Shown here one piece after another: positions 29,393-38,143 of a stretch of DNA of 50,073 nucleotides. Below the pieces are notes generated by a model. The model had not been told where the DNA came from. It searched no databases and worked only from the letters and a program-made list of their open reading frames with translations. Each line of letters opens with the position of its first letter. Position 1 is the first letter of the stretch. The position numbers were made by a program, and so were the translations under genes. Source of the stretch: an uncultured Spirochaetales bacterium (GTDB lineage: Bacteria; Spirochaetota; Spirochaetia; CAZEKV01). Location of the stretch: the NCBI GenBank assembly GCA_964512945.1, contig CAZEKV010000001.1, forward strand, positions 1-50,073, read 5' to 3'.

Positions 29393-31051
29393 CTATTTTG
29401 GGATGAGACATTCCATAGAGGCTGCTGTTACACCCCCGTGTTTGTACATCAGTTTTTCAATTCCGGCAGCAGTGTTTCTGAAAAAATCAGGTTTTTTCCT
29501 GAGGAGTTTTCCCAGGATATCTGTGTGATTTTTAAAAGCCCTGTGGTATTTGAAATATGCTGTGGCGGATTCAACCGGCTGCTGCATAAAATATGCCAGG
29601 AATTCATTCACAATGAGATATTCATCGTTTACATTGTAATGTCCCCAGGCGAGGAAGGTTTTCCATACCTTTTTTTCGAGAGGCTCAAGATTTTTCCAGA
29701 AGGCAAAACACCCCTTTCTAAGTTCCGGGAGGGCAAAGAAAACACCATGGCAGCATTCATGATCTATAAAAACCTTTCTTAAGTTCTTATTGCTTGATCT
29801 CGAGATTGAGATTAAAGCCCCCGAACCGGGAGTAAGGTGTCCGCCGGTTCTTATGATTAATCTATTTTTTATTAGTATCCTTTTAAGGAGCATTTCTTTA
29901 TGGTTAAGCGGGAAATTCTCGTTTTCAGCCTTTTCAAAGAATTCGCAAAGGGATTTTGTTCTATAATCATGGGCATTCCATCCATGTTTGTTCTTCAAGA
30001 AGGAATCCGGCATTAGCCTGCCGGTATATCCGAGTTTTTCACAAAAAAAGGCGAGGCGCTTCAGCATGGCGGCCTGGGTCCCATAGTCCTTCGTATCCAG
30101 GACTATGACTCCCGGAAATAAATTCCATGAGAAAATTTCAAATTCCTTCCTCCGCCACATATTCTGATCATAGTTAAGAACCGTTCCTATATCGGCCGGT
30201 AGCGGATCATTTATATCCATCCTGGATATATTTTTGATTTTCATGGAAGAAATTGAGAACCCCTGAAGACTGGATTCTATCCCGATATATTCCGAAAAAA
30301 AGCCGCAGCCGGCTTTGTAAAAATAGACTGTATGTTTTCCCGGTCTGGGAATCAAGTAGAAGCTTTTTTCATTGCTTTCGCCTATACAGGTGATTTCGAT
30401 GTCTTTTCTACCCCCTCCCGTTTTTGAGGTTCTTTTTGGTTTGAATTCATAGCTAATTGCTATCTGATTTTTTATCAGAGAATTTATATAAAAATGCCAT
30501 CTTTTTCTTGAATTTAATTTAGAAAAACCAAATCTGATACGGCCCCCAATTATCAGATTACCTTCATTCAGAATAACACCTGTGAAGCTTTTTTTTATGC
30601 CTGCCCCCATAATCTTTAAAGAACCCTCTGTATCTGTTGTTGATAGGCTGAATCCTTTTATAAAAAATCCTTTTTCCAGAGGAACCATGTATTTGATTTT
30701 CTTTCCTGCAAGAGTAGAGATTCTGACTTTTTTTACAATAGAGTCTTCTTTTCCGTATAGATGCAGAAAAAGAATTGAGACATCGGATGAATAGGAAATA
30801 AAAAAGGAAGTATTGTTTTCAGGGATCTCCACCATTTCCTTAAAAAAATATCTCGATGTTTCTCTGTTTTTATCCCCTTTAGTATGTAAAAAATCTTCAC
30901 ATTTTTCACCTACACCGATTTTCCCATATAGGGGTATTGCTTTGCCGTCTATGTTTGTGAAAGAGAAAGTCTGCATAAGATAGGAACTCTTGCAGGCGGA
31001 AAGTAACACAAGTAAGGAGATGGGGAATATCAGGAGTTTACTTATTTTCAT
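29393..31051 (-). CDS. large lipoprotein of unknown function with a C-terminal HExxH motif
   Basis: Signal peptide plus lipobox MKISKLLIFPISLLVLLSAC. FIDHECCHGVFF (HExxH) with a downstream VNEFLAY glutamate. No family recognised. Confidence 0.6.
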   Translation of the reverse strand: MKISKLLIFPISLLVLLSACKSSYLMQTFSFTNIDGKAIPLYGKIGVGEKCEDFLHTKGDKNRETSRYFFKEMVEIPENNTSFFISYSSDVSILFLHLYGKEDSIVKKVRISTLAGKKIKYMVPLEKGFFIKGFSLSTTDTEGSLKIMGAGIKKSFTGVILNEGNLIIGGRIRFGFSKLNSRKRWHFYINSLIKNQIAISYEFKPKRTSKTGGGRKDIEITCIGESNEKSFYLIPRPGKHTVYFYKAGCGFFSEYIGIESSLQGFSISSMKIKNISRMDINDPLPADIGTVLNYDQNMWRRKEFEIFSWNLFPGVIVLDTKDYGTQAAMLKRLAFFCEKLGYTGRLMPDSFLKNKHGWNAHDYRTKSLCEFFEKAENENFPLNHKEMLLKRILIKNRLIIRTGGHLTPGSGALISISRSSNKNLRKVFIDHECCHGVFFALPELRKGCFAFWKNLEPLEKKVWKTFLAWGHYNVNDEYLIVNEFLAYFMQQPVESATAYFKYHRAFKNHTDILGKLLRKKPDFFRNTAAGIEKLMYKHGGVTAASMECLIPK

Positions 31052-31817
31052 TTATCAGAACAATTCCTTTTGCCAGTAATTCGGCAATCTCATATTTCCT
31101 GCCTGGAGGGAATTCAGGATCATTTCTTAACAGGCTGTCAAAGCGCCCATGGAAGTCTTCGGGTAGAAGGGGGAGTTTTTTTACCCGCTCATAAATCATA
31201 CGCCCTGAGGGCTCAAATTCTTTATTGTTTGCGAACAGGACACTGCACAGGCTTCTCATAAACCCCGAATAGGATATTAAAAAAAACAAGTCATCATTTT
31301 TGATTGATGCCGCCCCCATATCTGAGAGGTAATGTTCCATGGTCGCCGTAAAAGTTGAAATCAGCAGTTTCCAGAAATGCGGCGGGATGTTTTTTATCTC
31401 CTTTTTTACCCCGCTTATCCAGGAATTCCTGTCAGCCAAAATCTTTCCTTTTTCTATACGGTAAAACATATATGTACCGGTTTGTCGGAAGGCAATAAGG
31501 TTTTCCTCTTTTTTCCTGAGGATTTCATTGATTCTGGAGACGTTTTTGTATTCTATACGGACAGGGATGCCCTCTACGAGGTAGCGGTCTTTTTTATGGA
31601 TAACGGAAGATTCAAAACCCCCAGCATCGGAAAAGGAAAGTTTTCTTTCTTTTTCTCCAGGAAGGTTGTCATGATAATAAACATCCAGACTTATAAAAAA
31701 ATAGGGATCAATACTTTTGCAGGATGCGGTTTCAACGAGAACTATAGATTCTACAGTTTCCCATTTCTTCAATTTTTCGACTAAATTATTTACAATTCTA
31801 TCAATATTTGTTTCCAT
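31038..31817 (-). CDS. hypothetical protein, nucleotidyltransferase-fold-like (apparently degenerate active site)
   Basis: 259 aa. IVLVETASCKSIDPYFFISLDVYY sits where Pol-beta NTases carry G[SG]..x..D.D, and is followed by a helical C-terminal half. Overlaps the downstream lipoprotein gene by 14 nt. Confidence 0.5.
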   Translation of the reverse strand: METNIDRIVNNLVEKLKKWETVESIVLVETASCKSIDPYFFISLDVYYHDNLPGEKERKLSFSDAGGFESSVIHKKDRYLVEGIPVRIEYKNVSRINEILRKKEENLIAFRQTGTYMFYRIEKGKILADRNSWISGVKKEIKNIPPHFWKLLISTFTATMEHYLSDMGAASIKNDDLFFLISYSGFMRSLCSVLFANNKEFEPSGRMIYERVKKLPLLPEDFHGRFDSLLRNDPEFPPGRKYEIAELLAKGIVLINENK

Positions 31818-32057
31818 ACCTATAGCCCTCTGTATTTAATGTTAGCATGATAGTACATCCTTGTAAAAGGAAATTTTGAACAGTTTGGGATGTGAAGAGC
31901 ATCGAGAGTAAAACCGGCAGGAAAATATAAAGATATTTTTAGAGGATTAAGCTATGCCGGGATTGCTTTTCGATTTTATCCGGGTGTTGCCTCCTTCTTT
32001 TTACATCCCGGGCAGGAGGTGCTGGATTGATCAGATTGCCGTAAATCAGGGACATGG

Positions 32058-34619
32058 CTATTTATTCAAATTGTCAAGCTCTACTCCGGAACCCTTGTAT
32101 GCCAGGGAATCCCGATTGTTTGTGGCAATACTTTTTTCAAAATATCCCTTTGCCAGTTTTTTATTCCCCTGTATCAGGTAATACTGACCTGCATAATAAC
32201 AGGCTTTACATAGTTGTTTGGCTTTGATCAGGGGGTCTTTATGTTCGGCAGCTTTCAGACAATCCTCCACCGAAATATCACCTGAAAACATTTTCAAAAC
32301 GTGAATAATCCAGCTTTCGTCATTGAGGGTGCTGAGATATTTTTTAAGGCTCTTTCCGCCATCCTTCCCGAGTCTTTCGGCACTAACATATTTCATGATG
32401 TGGGCATATTTATTTTCCGGGGCAAGCTCAGCGGCCTTTGAGAAATCAATAAGGGCTTTTTTAAGTTCCAGCATGTAAAAAAAAGTTCTGCCCCGTTCAG
32501 TATAGCTATAGTCATCTTCGGGGTTAATCTTTATAGCTTTTGTAAGATCTCGTACAGCAGTTTCATATCTTTTAAGCTCAAGATAAACATGACCCCTCTC
32601 GGAATAAGCGTAGTCATCTTCGGGATCAATTTCTATGGCCTTTGTAAGATCTTTTATTGCAAGAGTGTACTTTCCAAGCAGGCCATAGGCATAACCCCTC
32701 TCGCCATAGGCGTATCCATCTTCGGGGTTAATCTTTATAGCTTTTGTAAGATCTCGTACAGCAGTTTCATATCTTTTAAGCTCAAGATAAACATGACCCC
32801 TCTCGGAATAAGCGTAGTCATCTTCGGGATCAATTTCTATGGCCTTTGTAAGATCTTTTATTGCAAGAGTGTACTTTCCAAGCAGGCCATAGGCATAACC
32901 CCTCTCGCCATAGGCGTATCCATCTTCGGGGTCAAGCTCTATGGCCTTTGTGAGATCTTTTATTGCAAGATTGTACTGCCCGAGCAGGCCGTATGCATAA
33001 CCCCTGTTATCATAGGCTTGTACACTTCCGGGATTAACTTCAATGGCTTTTGTGAGATTTTTTATTGCAAGATCATTCTTTTCAAGATCAAGGTAGATGC
33101 AGCCCCGCCCAACATAGGGGGAGCTGTTTTCAGGATCAATCTCTATAGCCTTTGTTAGATCTTTTATTGCAAGATTGTATTTTTCGAGCTTTCCGTAGGC
33201 ATAACCCCTGTTTTCGTAGGCGGATTCGTTTTCGGGATCAATCTCAATATATCTTGTAAAATCTTTTACAGCAGCTTCATACCTTTCAAGGTCAAGGTAA
33301 ATGTGGCCGCGTTGGGCATAAGCGTAACTATCCTCGGGATTAATTTTAATGGCCTTTGTAAAATCCTCTATTGCAAGATCATATTTTCCAAGGGATCTAT
33401 AGGCATGTCCCCTGTTATCATAGGCGGATCCGTTTTCGGGATCAATCGCAATAGCCTTTGTAAAATCTTTTACAGCGGCACCATATTTTTCAAGGCCAAG
33501 GTAAGCGTGACCCCGCTCGGCATAAGCATAGGCTTTTTCCGGGGCGAGCGCTATAGCCTTTGTGAGATCTTTTATAGCGAGATCATTTTTTCCAAGTAAT
33601 CTACAGGCATGCCCCCTGTTTTCGTAGGCAGATACATTTTTGGGATCAATTGCAATAGCTTTTGTAAGATCTTTTACAGCGGTTCCATATTTTTCCAGAC
33701 TAAGGTAGACGGTGCCCCGTATAACATAAGCATAGGCTTTTTTGGGAGCAAGCTCTATGGCCTTTGTGAGATCTTTTAGGGCAAGATTGTATTTTCCAAG
33801 GGATTTATAACCATAACCCCTATTGCCATAGGCGAATACATATTTAGGGTCAATTTTAATAGCCCTTGTAAGATCTTTTACCCCAGCTTCATATTTTTTC
33901 AGATTAAGGTAGGCGGTACCGCGTTCGGCATAAGCACAGGCATTTTCGGGATTAAGCTCAATAGCTTTTGTAAGATCCTCTATTGCGAGATTATATTTTC
34001 CAAGACTGCTGTAGGCACTACCCCTGTTTTCATAGACGGATCCATCTTCGGGATTGATTTCAATAGCCCTTGTGAGGTCTTTTATCGCAAGATCATATTT
34101 TTCAAAGTCAAGGTAAACCTGGCCGCGTTCGGTATAGGCATAGCTATTTCCGGGATTGATCTCTATGGCTTTTGTAAGGTCTTTTATGGCAAAACCATAC
34201 CTTCCAAATAAACCATAGAGATAGCCCCTCCAAACATGGGCGTCTTCATTATCAGGATTAATTTTAACAGCCCTTACAAGATCTTCCATTGCAAGATCAT
34301 ATCTTCTAAAATAAAGGTAAATGGAGCTACGTTCAACATAAGCATAGTCATCTTCAGGGTTAATCTCTATTGCTTTTGTAAAATCCTCTATTGCAAGATG
34401 GTATTTTTCGAGCAACTTGCGAGCATGCCCCCTGTTGTTATAGGCATATAAATTCCCGGGATCTATTTTTATAGCTTTTGTGTAGTACTTTATTGCTTTA
34501 GAATACTCCCCTTTTTCGAAAGCCGCTATTCCTTTAGAATTAAATTCCTGTGCAGTTTCTGCGGATAGAAATAGTGTAAAAAAAACCATAAAAAGTGGCA
34601 ATAATGTTTTTTTTGTCAT
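32058..34619 (-). CDS. secreted tetratricopeptide-repeat protein with an NlpI-like C-terminal module
   Basis: Signal peptide MTKKTLLPLFMVFFTLFLSAETA. About twenty 34-aa units of the form Y..RG.AY..LGKY.LAIKDLTKAIEI.PE. The C-terminal WIIHVLKMFSGDIS...LCKACYYAGQYYL..G....A..YF resembles the E. coli NlpI tail. Confidence 0.85.
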   Translation of the reverse strand: MTKKTLLPLFMVFFTLFLSAETAQEFNSKGIAAFEKGEYSKAIKYYTKAIKIDPGNLYAYNNRGHARKLLEKYHLAIEDFTKAIEINPEDDYAYVERSSIYLYFRRYDLAMEDLVRAVKINPDNEDAHVWRGYLYGLFGRYGFAIKDLTKAIEINPGNSYAYTERGQVYLDFEKYDLAIKDLTRAIEINPEDGSVYENRGSAYSSLGKYNLAIEDLTKAIELNPENACAYAERGTAYLNLKKYEAGVKDLTRAIKIDPKYVFAYGNRGYGYKSLGKYNLALKDLTKAIELAPKKAYAYVIRGTVYLSLEKYGTAVKDLTKAIAIDPKNVSAYENRGHACRLLGKNDLAIKDLTKAIALAPEKAYAYAERGHAYLGLEKYGAAVKDFTKAIAIDPENGSAYDNRGHAYRSLGKYDLAIEDFTKAIKINPEDSYAYAQRGHIYLDLERYEAAVKDFTRYIEIDPENESAYENRGYAYGKLEKYNLAIKDLTKAIEIDPENSSPYVGRGCIYLDLEKNDLAIKNLTKAIEVNPGSVQAYDNRGYAYGLLGQYNLAIKDLTKAIELDPEDGYAYGERGYAYGLLGKYTLAIKDLTKAIEIDPEDDYAYSERGHVYLELKRYETAVRDLTKAIKINPEDGYAYGERGYAYGLLGKYTLAIKDLTKAIEIDPEDDYAYSERGHVYLELKRYETAVRDLTKAIKINPEDDYSYTERGRTFFYMLELKKALIDFSKAAELAPENKYAHIMKYVSAERLGKDGGKSLKKYLSTLNDESWIIHVLKMFSGDISVEDCLKAAEHKDPLIKAKQLCKACYYAGQYYLIQGNKKLAKGYFEKSIATNNRDSLAYKGSGVELDNLNK
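32513..32932. repeat. perfect tandem duplication, 204-bp unit (two TPRs) inside the TPR gene
   Basis: By direct comparison, 32513-32728 is identical to 32717-32932 (216 identical nt at an offset of 204). It encodes the duplicated 68-aa block GYAYGERGYAYGLLGKYTLAIKDL...KINPED. Confidence 0.95.
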
Positions 34620-34908
34620 TTCCTCCCCCTGTTATGTTAAAAAACAATAAGCTTTTATTCCCTGCATTCTAGATTTCAGATAAAATTCCGGTATCTGATC
34701 GTATCAAGGAATTTGTCTGATTACAATAGAAACAGAAGCGGATCCTGAATAGCAAAAGAGAGAAGACTCCCATGGTTAAAAACATGGGACAATCCGACGG
34801 TGATTGAGTTATTTTCGACCTCCGCCAGCCTTTTTAAAGAAACTGTCTTTGATGAAAATATCCATAAATAACGTACTATTTTTTATTTTACATGCTACAA
34901 TATTTCTT

Positions 34909-36849
34909 ATGGAACGCCTATTGTCAAAAAAAGAAGCAGCACAGCAGCTGGGTATTTCTACAGCAAGTATTAGTAACTGGGTCAGGCACGGATATATTAC
35001 AAACACTAATAATATGTTTGAATACAATGAAATACTATCAATAAAAAATAAGCTAGAAACCGGTAAAATTTCCCGTCTAAATAAACGAGCAAATAAATCA
35101 AATTCAAACTCAAAATTCATGCCCGCTGAATGCATAACCTCAAAGAAATCCATCCCTGGAATTGTTAAAATCGTTTCTTACATCCATAATAACAACATCC
35201 CAATTGATCAAGCCCTTTTTTTGCTAACACTAAATCTATTTATAAAAACAGGAGATATCTTCAATAAAAACCCCAATATTCTTTTCAGGTTCCAGGAAAG
35301 CAATTTTAAAAGAAAGGGTGTATATGAGCATATAAAGAACTGGTCGGAAGCTGTTTCTTTTCCCGGAGTGAATCACGGCAGTGATGGGATAAAAACCCTG
35401 CTTTCTGTCAACCTTCCGGAGGAAAGAGATATTTCAGGAATAATTTATCAATCTCTTCTCAGTGAAGGTCAAAAATCTGATTTGGGTTCATATTATACCC
35501 CTGAATATGTTGTAAAAGCACTTGTTAAAGGCAATTTAAAATCGGATTTTAGGGTCCTCGATCCTTGCTGTGGAACCGGGCAGTTTCTGCTTTCATTTTC
35601 TGAAGATATGGATAATCCCAATAATATTTATGGTTTTGACATTGATGAAAGGGCGATAAATATTGCAAAGACAAATTTGCTGTTATGCTATCAAGAGTCT
35701 GATTTTTCTCCCCGGATATTCCATCTAAACACTTTACTCCCCGATAATTTTCAGGGTTTGCTCGAGAATGAATCGGAATTTGATAATTTTTTTGATTTTA
35801 TTGCGACAAATCCCCCCTGGGGAGCGAGATATGATAAAATTACCCTTTCGCTGATTAAACGGAAATTCCCTGGAATAACCGGTAAAGAGTCTGCTTCTTT
35901 TTTTATCTGTAAATCCTTTAGCCTTCTAAAAGAGGGGGGAATTATGAGTTTTGTGTTGCCGGAATCCATTTCTAACATAAAAGCCCACGGTGATATCCGT
36001 AAATTTATTAACAGGTTTATGGATATAAAACAGATCCATATACTGGGAAAATGCTTCAGTAATGTCCTGTCCTCTGTAATTTCCATTCAGTTGAAAAAAG
36101 AAAAAAAAGATGAAAATAGAATAAAAGTTTTTAATGGATTGGAAACTTATTCCATAAATCAGCAAAGATTTGCCAGAAATAAATATCATGCTTTTGATAT
36201 CTATGTAAACGAAATGGACAGCGAAATCTTCTCAAAAATGGAGGATTTAAAAAAATTTACGCTTGAGAATAATGCTGAGTGGGCATTAGGTATTGTAACA
36301 GGTGACAATAAGAAATTTCTCCATTCATCAAAAACAGCAGATGATCTTGAAGCCATTTATAAAGGATCTGATATCCAGCCCTTTAGATTCAGGAAGGCAT
36401 CAACCTTTATTTCTTTTAAGCCCGAATTATTCCAACAAGCAGCTCCGGCTTACAAATACCGCTCGTCAGAGAAATTAGTCTATAAATTTATTTCCAGGAA
36501 TTTAGTTTTTGCCTACGATAACAAAGGAAGTCTTACATTGAATAGTGCAAATATACTAATTCCAGAAGTAAGTGGATATCCTATGAAAATAATTTCGGGG
36601 TTTCTAAACTCAAAAATATTCAATTTTTACTTCAGGAAAAAGTTTAATTCTATAAAAACTCTTCGCAGTAATATAGAGCAATTACCATTTCCTGAAATCT
36701 CTGAAAAACAGAAGACGACTATAGAAAATTTAGTAAATGATATCATCGATTCAAATGTTTCGAGTGATAGATTGGATTCCTGTATCTTCAATATTTTTAA
36801 CATAGATCAAAAACAGAGGGAATACATAAATAAATACGTAAATGGATAG
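34909..36849 (+). CDS. N6-adenine DNA methyltransferase (gamma class, Eco57I/TaqI-like) with an N-terminal HTH
   Basis: HTH LLSKKEAAQQLGISTASISNWVRHGYI. LGSYYTP, motif I VLDPCCGTGQFLL, motif IV IATNPPWG and a TaqI_C-like WALGIVTGDNKKF. ATG 34909 is preferred over TTG 34804. Confidence 0.8.
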   Translation: MERLLSKKEAAQQLGISTASISNWVRHGYITNTNNMFEYNEILSIKNKLETGKISRLNKRANKSNSNSKFMPAECITSKKSIPGIVKIVSYIHNNNIPIDQALFLLTLNLFIKTGDIFNKNPNILFRFQESNFKRKGVYEHIKNWSEAVSFPGVNHGSDGIKTLLSVNLPEERDISGIIYQSLLSEGQKSDLGSYYTPEYVVKALVKGNLKSDFRVLDPCCGTGQFLLSFSEDMDNPNNIYGFDIDERAINIAKTNLLLCYQESDFSPRIFHLNTLLPDNFQGLLENESEFDNFFDFIATNPPWGARYDKITLSLIKRKFPGITGKESASFFICKSFSLLKEGGIMSFVLPESISNIKAHGDIRKFINRFMDIKQIHILGKCFSNVLSSVISIQLKKEKKDENRIKVFNGLETYSINQQRFARNKYHAFDIYVNEMDSEIFSKMEDLKKFTLENNAEWALGIVTGDNKKFLHSSKTADDLEAIYKGSDIQPFRFRKASTFISFKPELFQQAAPAYKYRSSEKLVYKFISRNLVFAYDNKGSLTLNSANILIPEVSGYPMKIISGFLNSKIFNFYFRKKFNSIKTLRSNIEQLPFPEISEKQKTTIENLVNDIIDSNVSSDRLDSCIFNIFNIDQKQREYINKYVNG

Positions 36850-37042
36850 TATGTGCAGTGATATCGGCAGGGGGGAAAGGCGGCTCGAGTTATTAAGTAA
36901 GAATTAAGTACTCGATGGATAAATACTGTTTCGGTACGCTGTAATTATTTGTAAATTATTTCCAGTTATACGATAATTGGACAGGCAGGCTGTTTTGAAT
37001 TTTTTTATGCAGCAGATTTCTTTTCTGGAGGAATAAAAGCAT

Positions 37043-37966
37043 ATGACTAGAATTGTTCTTTCGGGCTTTATAACGGCTATGTTCGCTGTTTTATATATTA
37101 ACGATGGGGTTATGACCCCGGTTCCCCATAACAGATGTGCGAAACTTTTATTTAAGTCCGGCTTCGAAAAAGGGGTTTATCTGGGTGAACCCTACAATGA
37201 CGGCGGGGGGTGCTGGTTTCAGGATGTAAAGGGTTCTGATAATGATGAGTTTACGTGGCCTATTACTTTTTGGGGGACATCGGGGACTTTTCAGGTGCTT
37301 GTTGACAGTAGTCTTAATCCTGAAAATTATATAAGGAACAAAATCATAACGGTAAAAGGATACGATGGTAATCCGACACGAGTAATGTTTTCAAGAATAT
37401 TAAAGGCAGATAAGGGTTGTACCCAGGATCCGTATATAATGATGGATGCTGTGGAAGAGGGGGATCTCTACGTAAGTTACCGCCTGAAATTCCCGGAAGA
37501 TCTTGCAAAGCTTCTTGGGGACAGTTCAAATGATGATGGTTGGTGTACTTTTTTTGAATGGAAGACTTCGGGAGATTACAGGATCGCGGCCTATGTCTAT
37601 GTCGATGAGGGGGCTCCTTACTGGTATGTGCATGGGGATAATGTAGCAAAGGACAGGTATGGAAGGTACAGGGAATTCTGGGAAGAAGAAAACAAAAGCC
37701 TTCCTGTCCCTGAAAATAAATGGTTTCTGGTAGAGATTTTCTGGCACCGCAGCAAAGGAAAAGATGGACGTTTCTGGTGGGCTATTGATGGCCACGTTGT
37801 AGCAGATCACCATGGCCCCAATAAAAAATCCAGACCAATTAACAGAATTATGCTGTTCACCGTATACTCGGGACAATACCCTTTGACTCAATGGGTTGAT
37901 GACATAGAAATTTGGGATGGTTTCCCCTATGGGGAAGGTAAAAGTTGTTATATCTATAAAAAGTAA
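37043..37966 (+). CDS. secreted or membrane-anchored hypothetical protein, possibly a beta-jelly-roll polysaccharide-lyase/lectin-like fold
   Basis: N-terminal hydrophobic anchor. Trp/Tyr/Gly-rich beta-type sequence (WCTFFEWKTSGDY, WYVHGDN, WFLVEIFWHRS.GKDGRFWWAIDGHVV). GGAGGA SD before the ATG. The fold assignment is only pattern recognition. Confidence 0.6.
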   Translation: MTRIVLSGFITAMFAVLYINDGVMTPVPHNRCAKLLFKSGFEKGVYLGEPYNDGGGCWFQDVKGSDNDEFTWPITFWGTSGTFQVLVDSSLNPENYIRNKIITVKGYDGNPTRVMFSRILKADKGCTQDPYIMMDAVEEGDLYVSYRLKFPEDLAKLLGDSSNDDGWCTFFEWKTSGDYRIAAYVYVDEGAPYWYVHGDNVAKDRYGRYREFWEEENKSLPVPENKWFLVEIFWHRSKGKDGRFWWAIDGHVVADHHGPNKKSRPINRIMLFTVYSGQYPLTQWVDDIEIWDGFPYGEGKSCYIYKK

Positions 37967-38109
37967 ACTATCTCAGGGATAATATCCTATCCGCTTTGCC
38001 GGGGAAATCCCCCTGTTCTTTCCAGAGATTTATTCCCTTTTCTCTTCCCGGACTTCAGTTTATCTGGGCGGTTTTTTATTTACTTAGTCTTGAGGAGAAC
38101 CGGGGATTA

Positions 38110-38137
38110 TTGACACTTCCCTTCCTATAAGTATAAT
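38110..38137 (+). promoter_or_regulatory. near-consensus sigma70-type promoter (TTGACA-16 nt-TATAAT)
   Basis: TTGACA at 38110-38115 and TATAAT at 38132-38137, read directly. The -10 box ends 6 nt before the GTG 38144 start of the rSAM gene. Confidence 0.45.
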
Positions 38138-38143
38138 TCCTTT

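Noticed and set aside
32589-34451. Repetitive plus-strand ORFs (32589..33158, 33303..33599, 34236..34451) inside the TPR gene
   Set aside because: They are open only because the antisense of the 102-bp periodic TPR coding repeat lacks stops. The sense-strand protein has a signal peptide and canonical TPR consensus.
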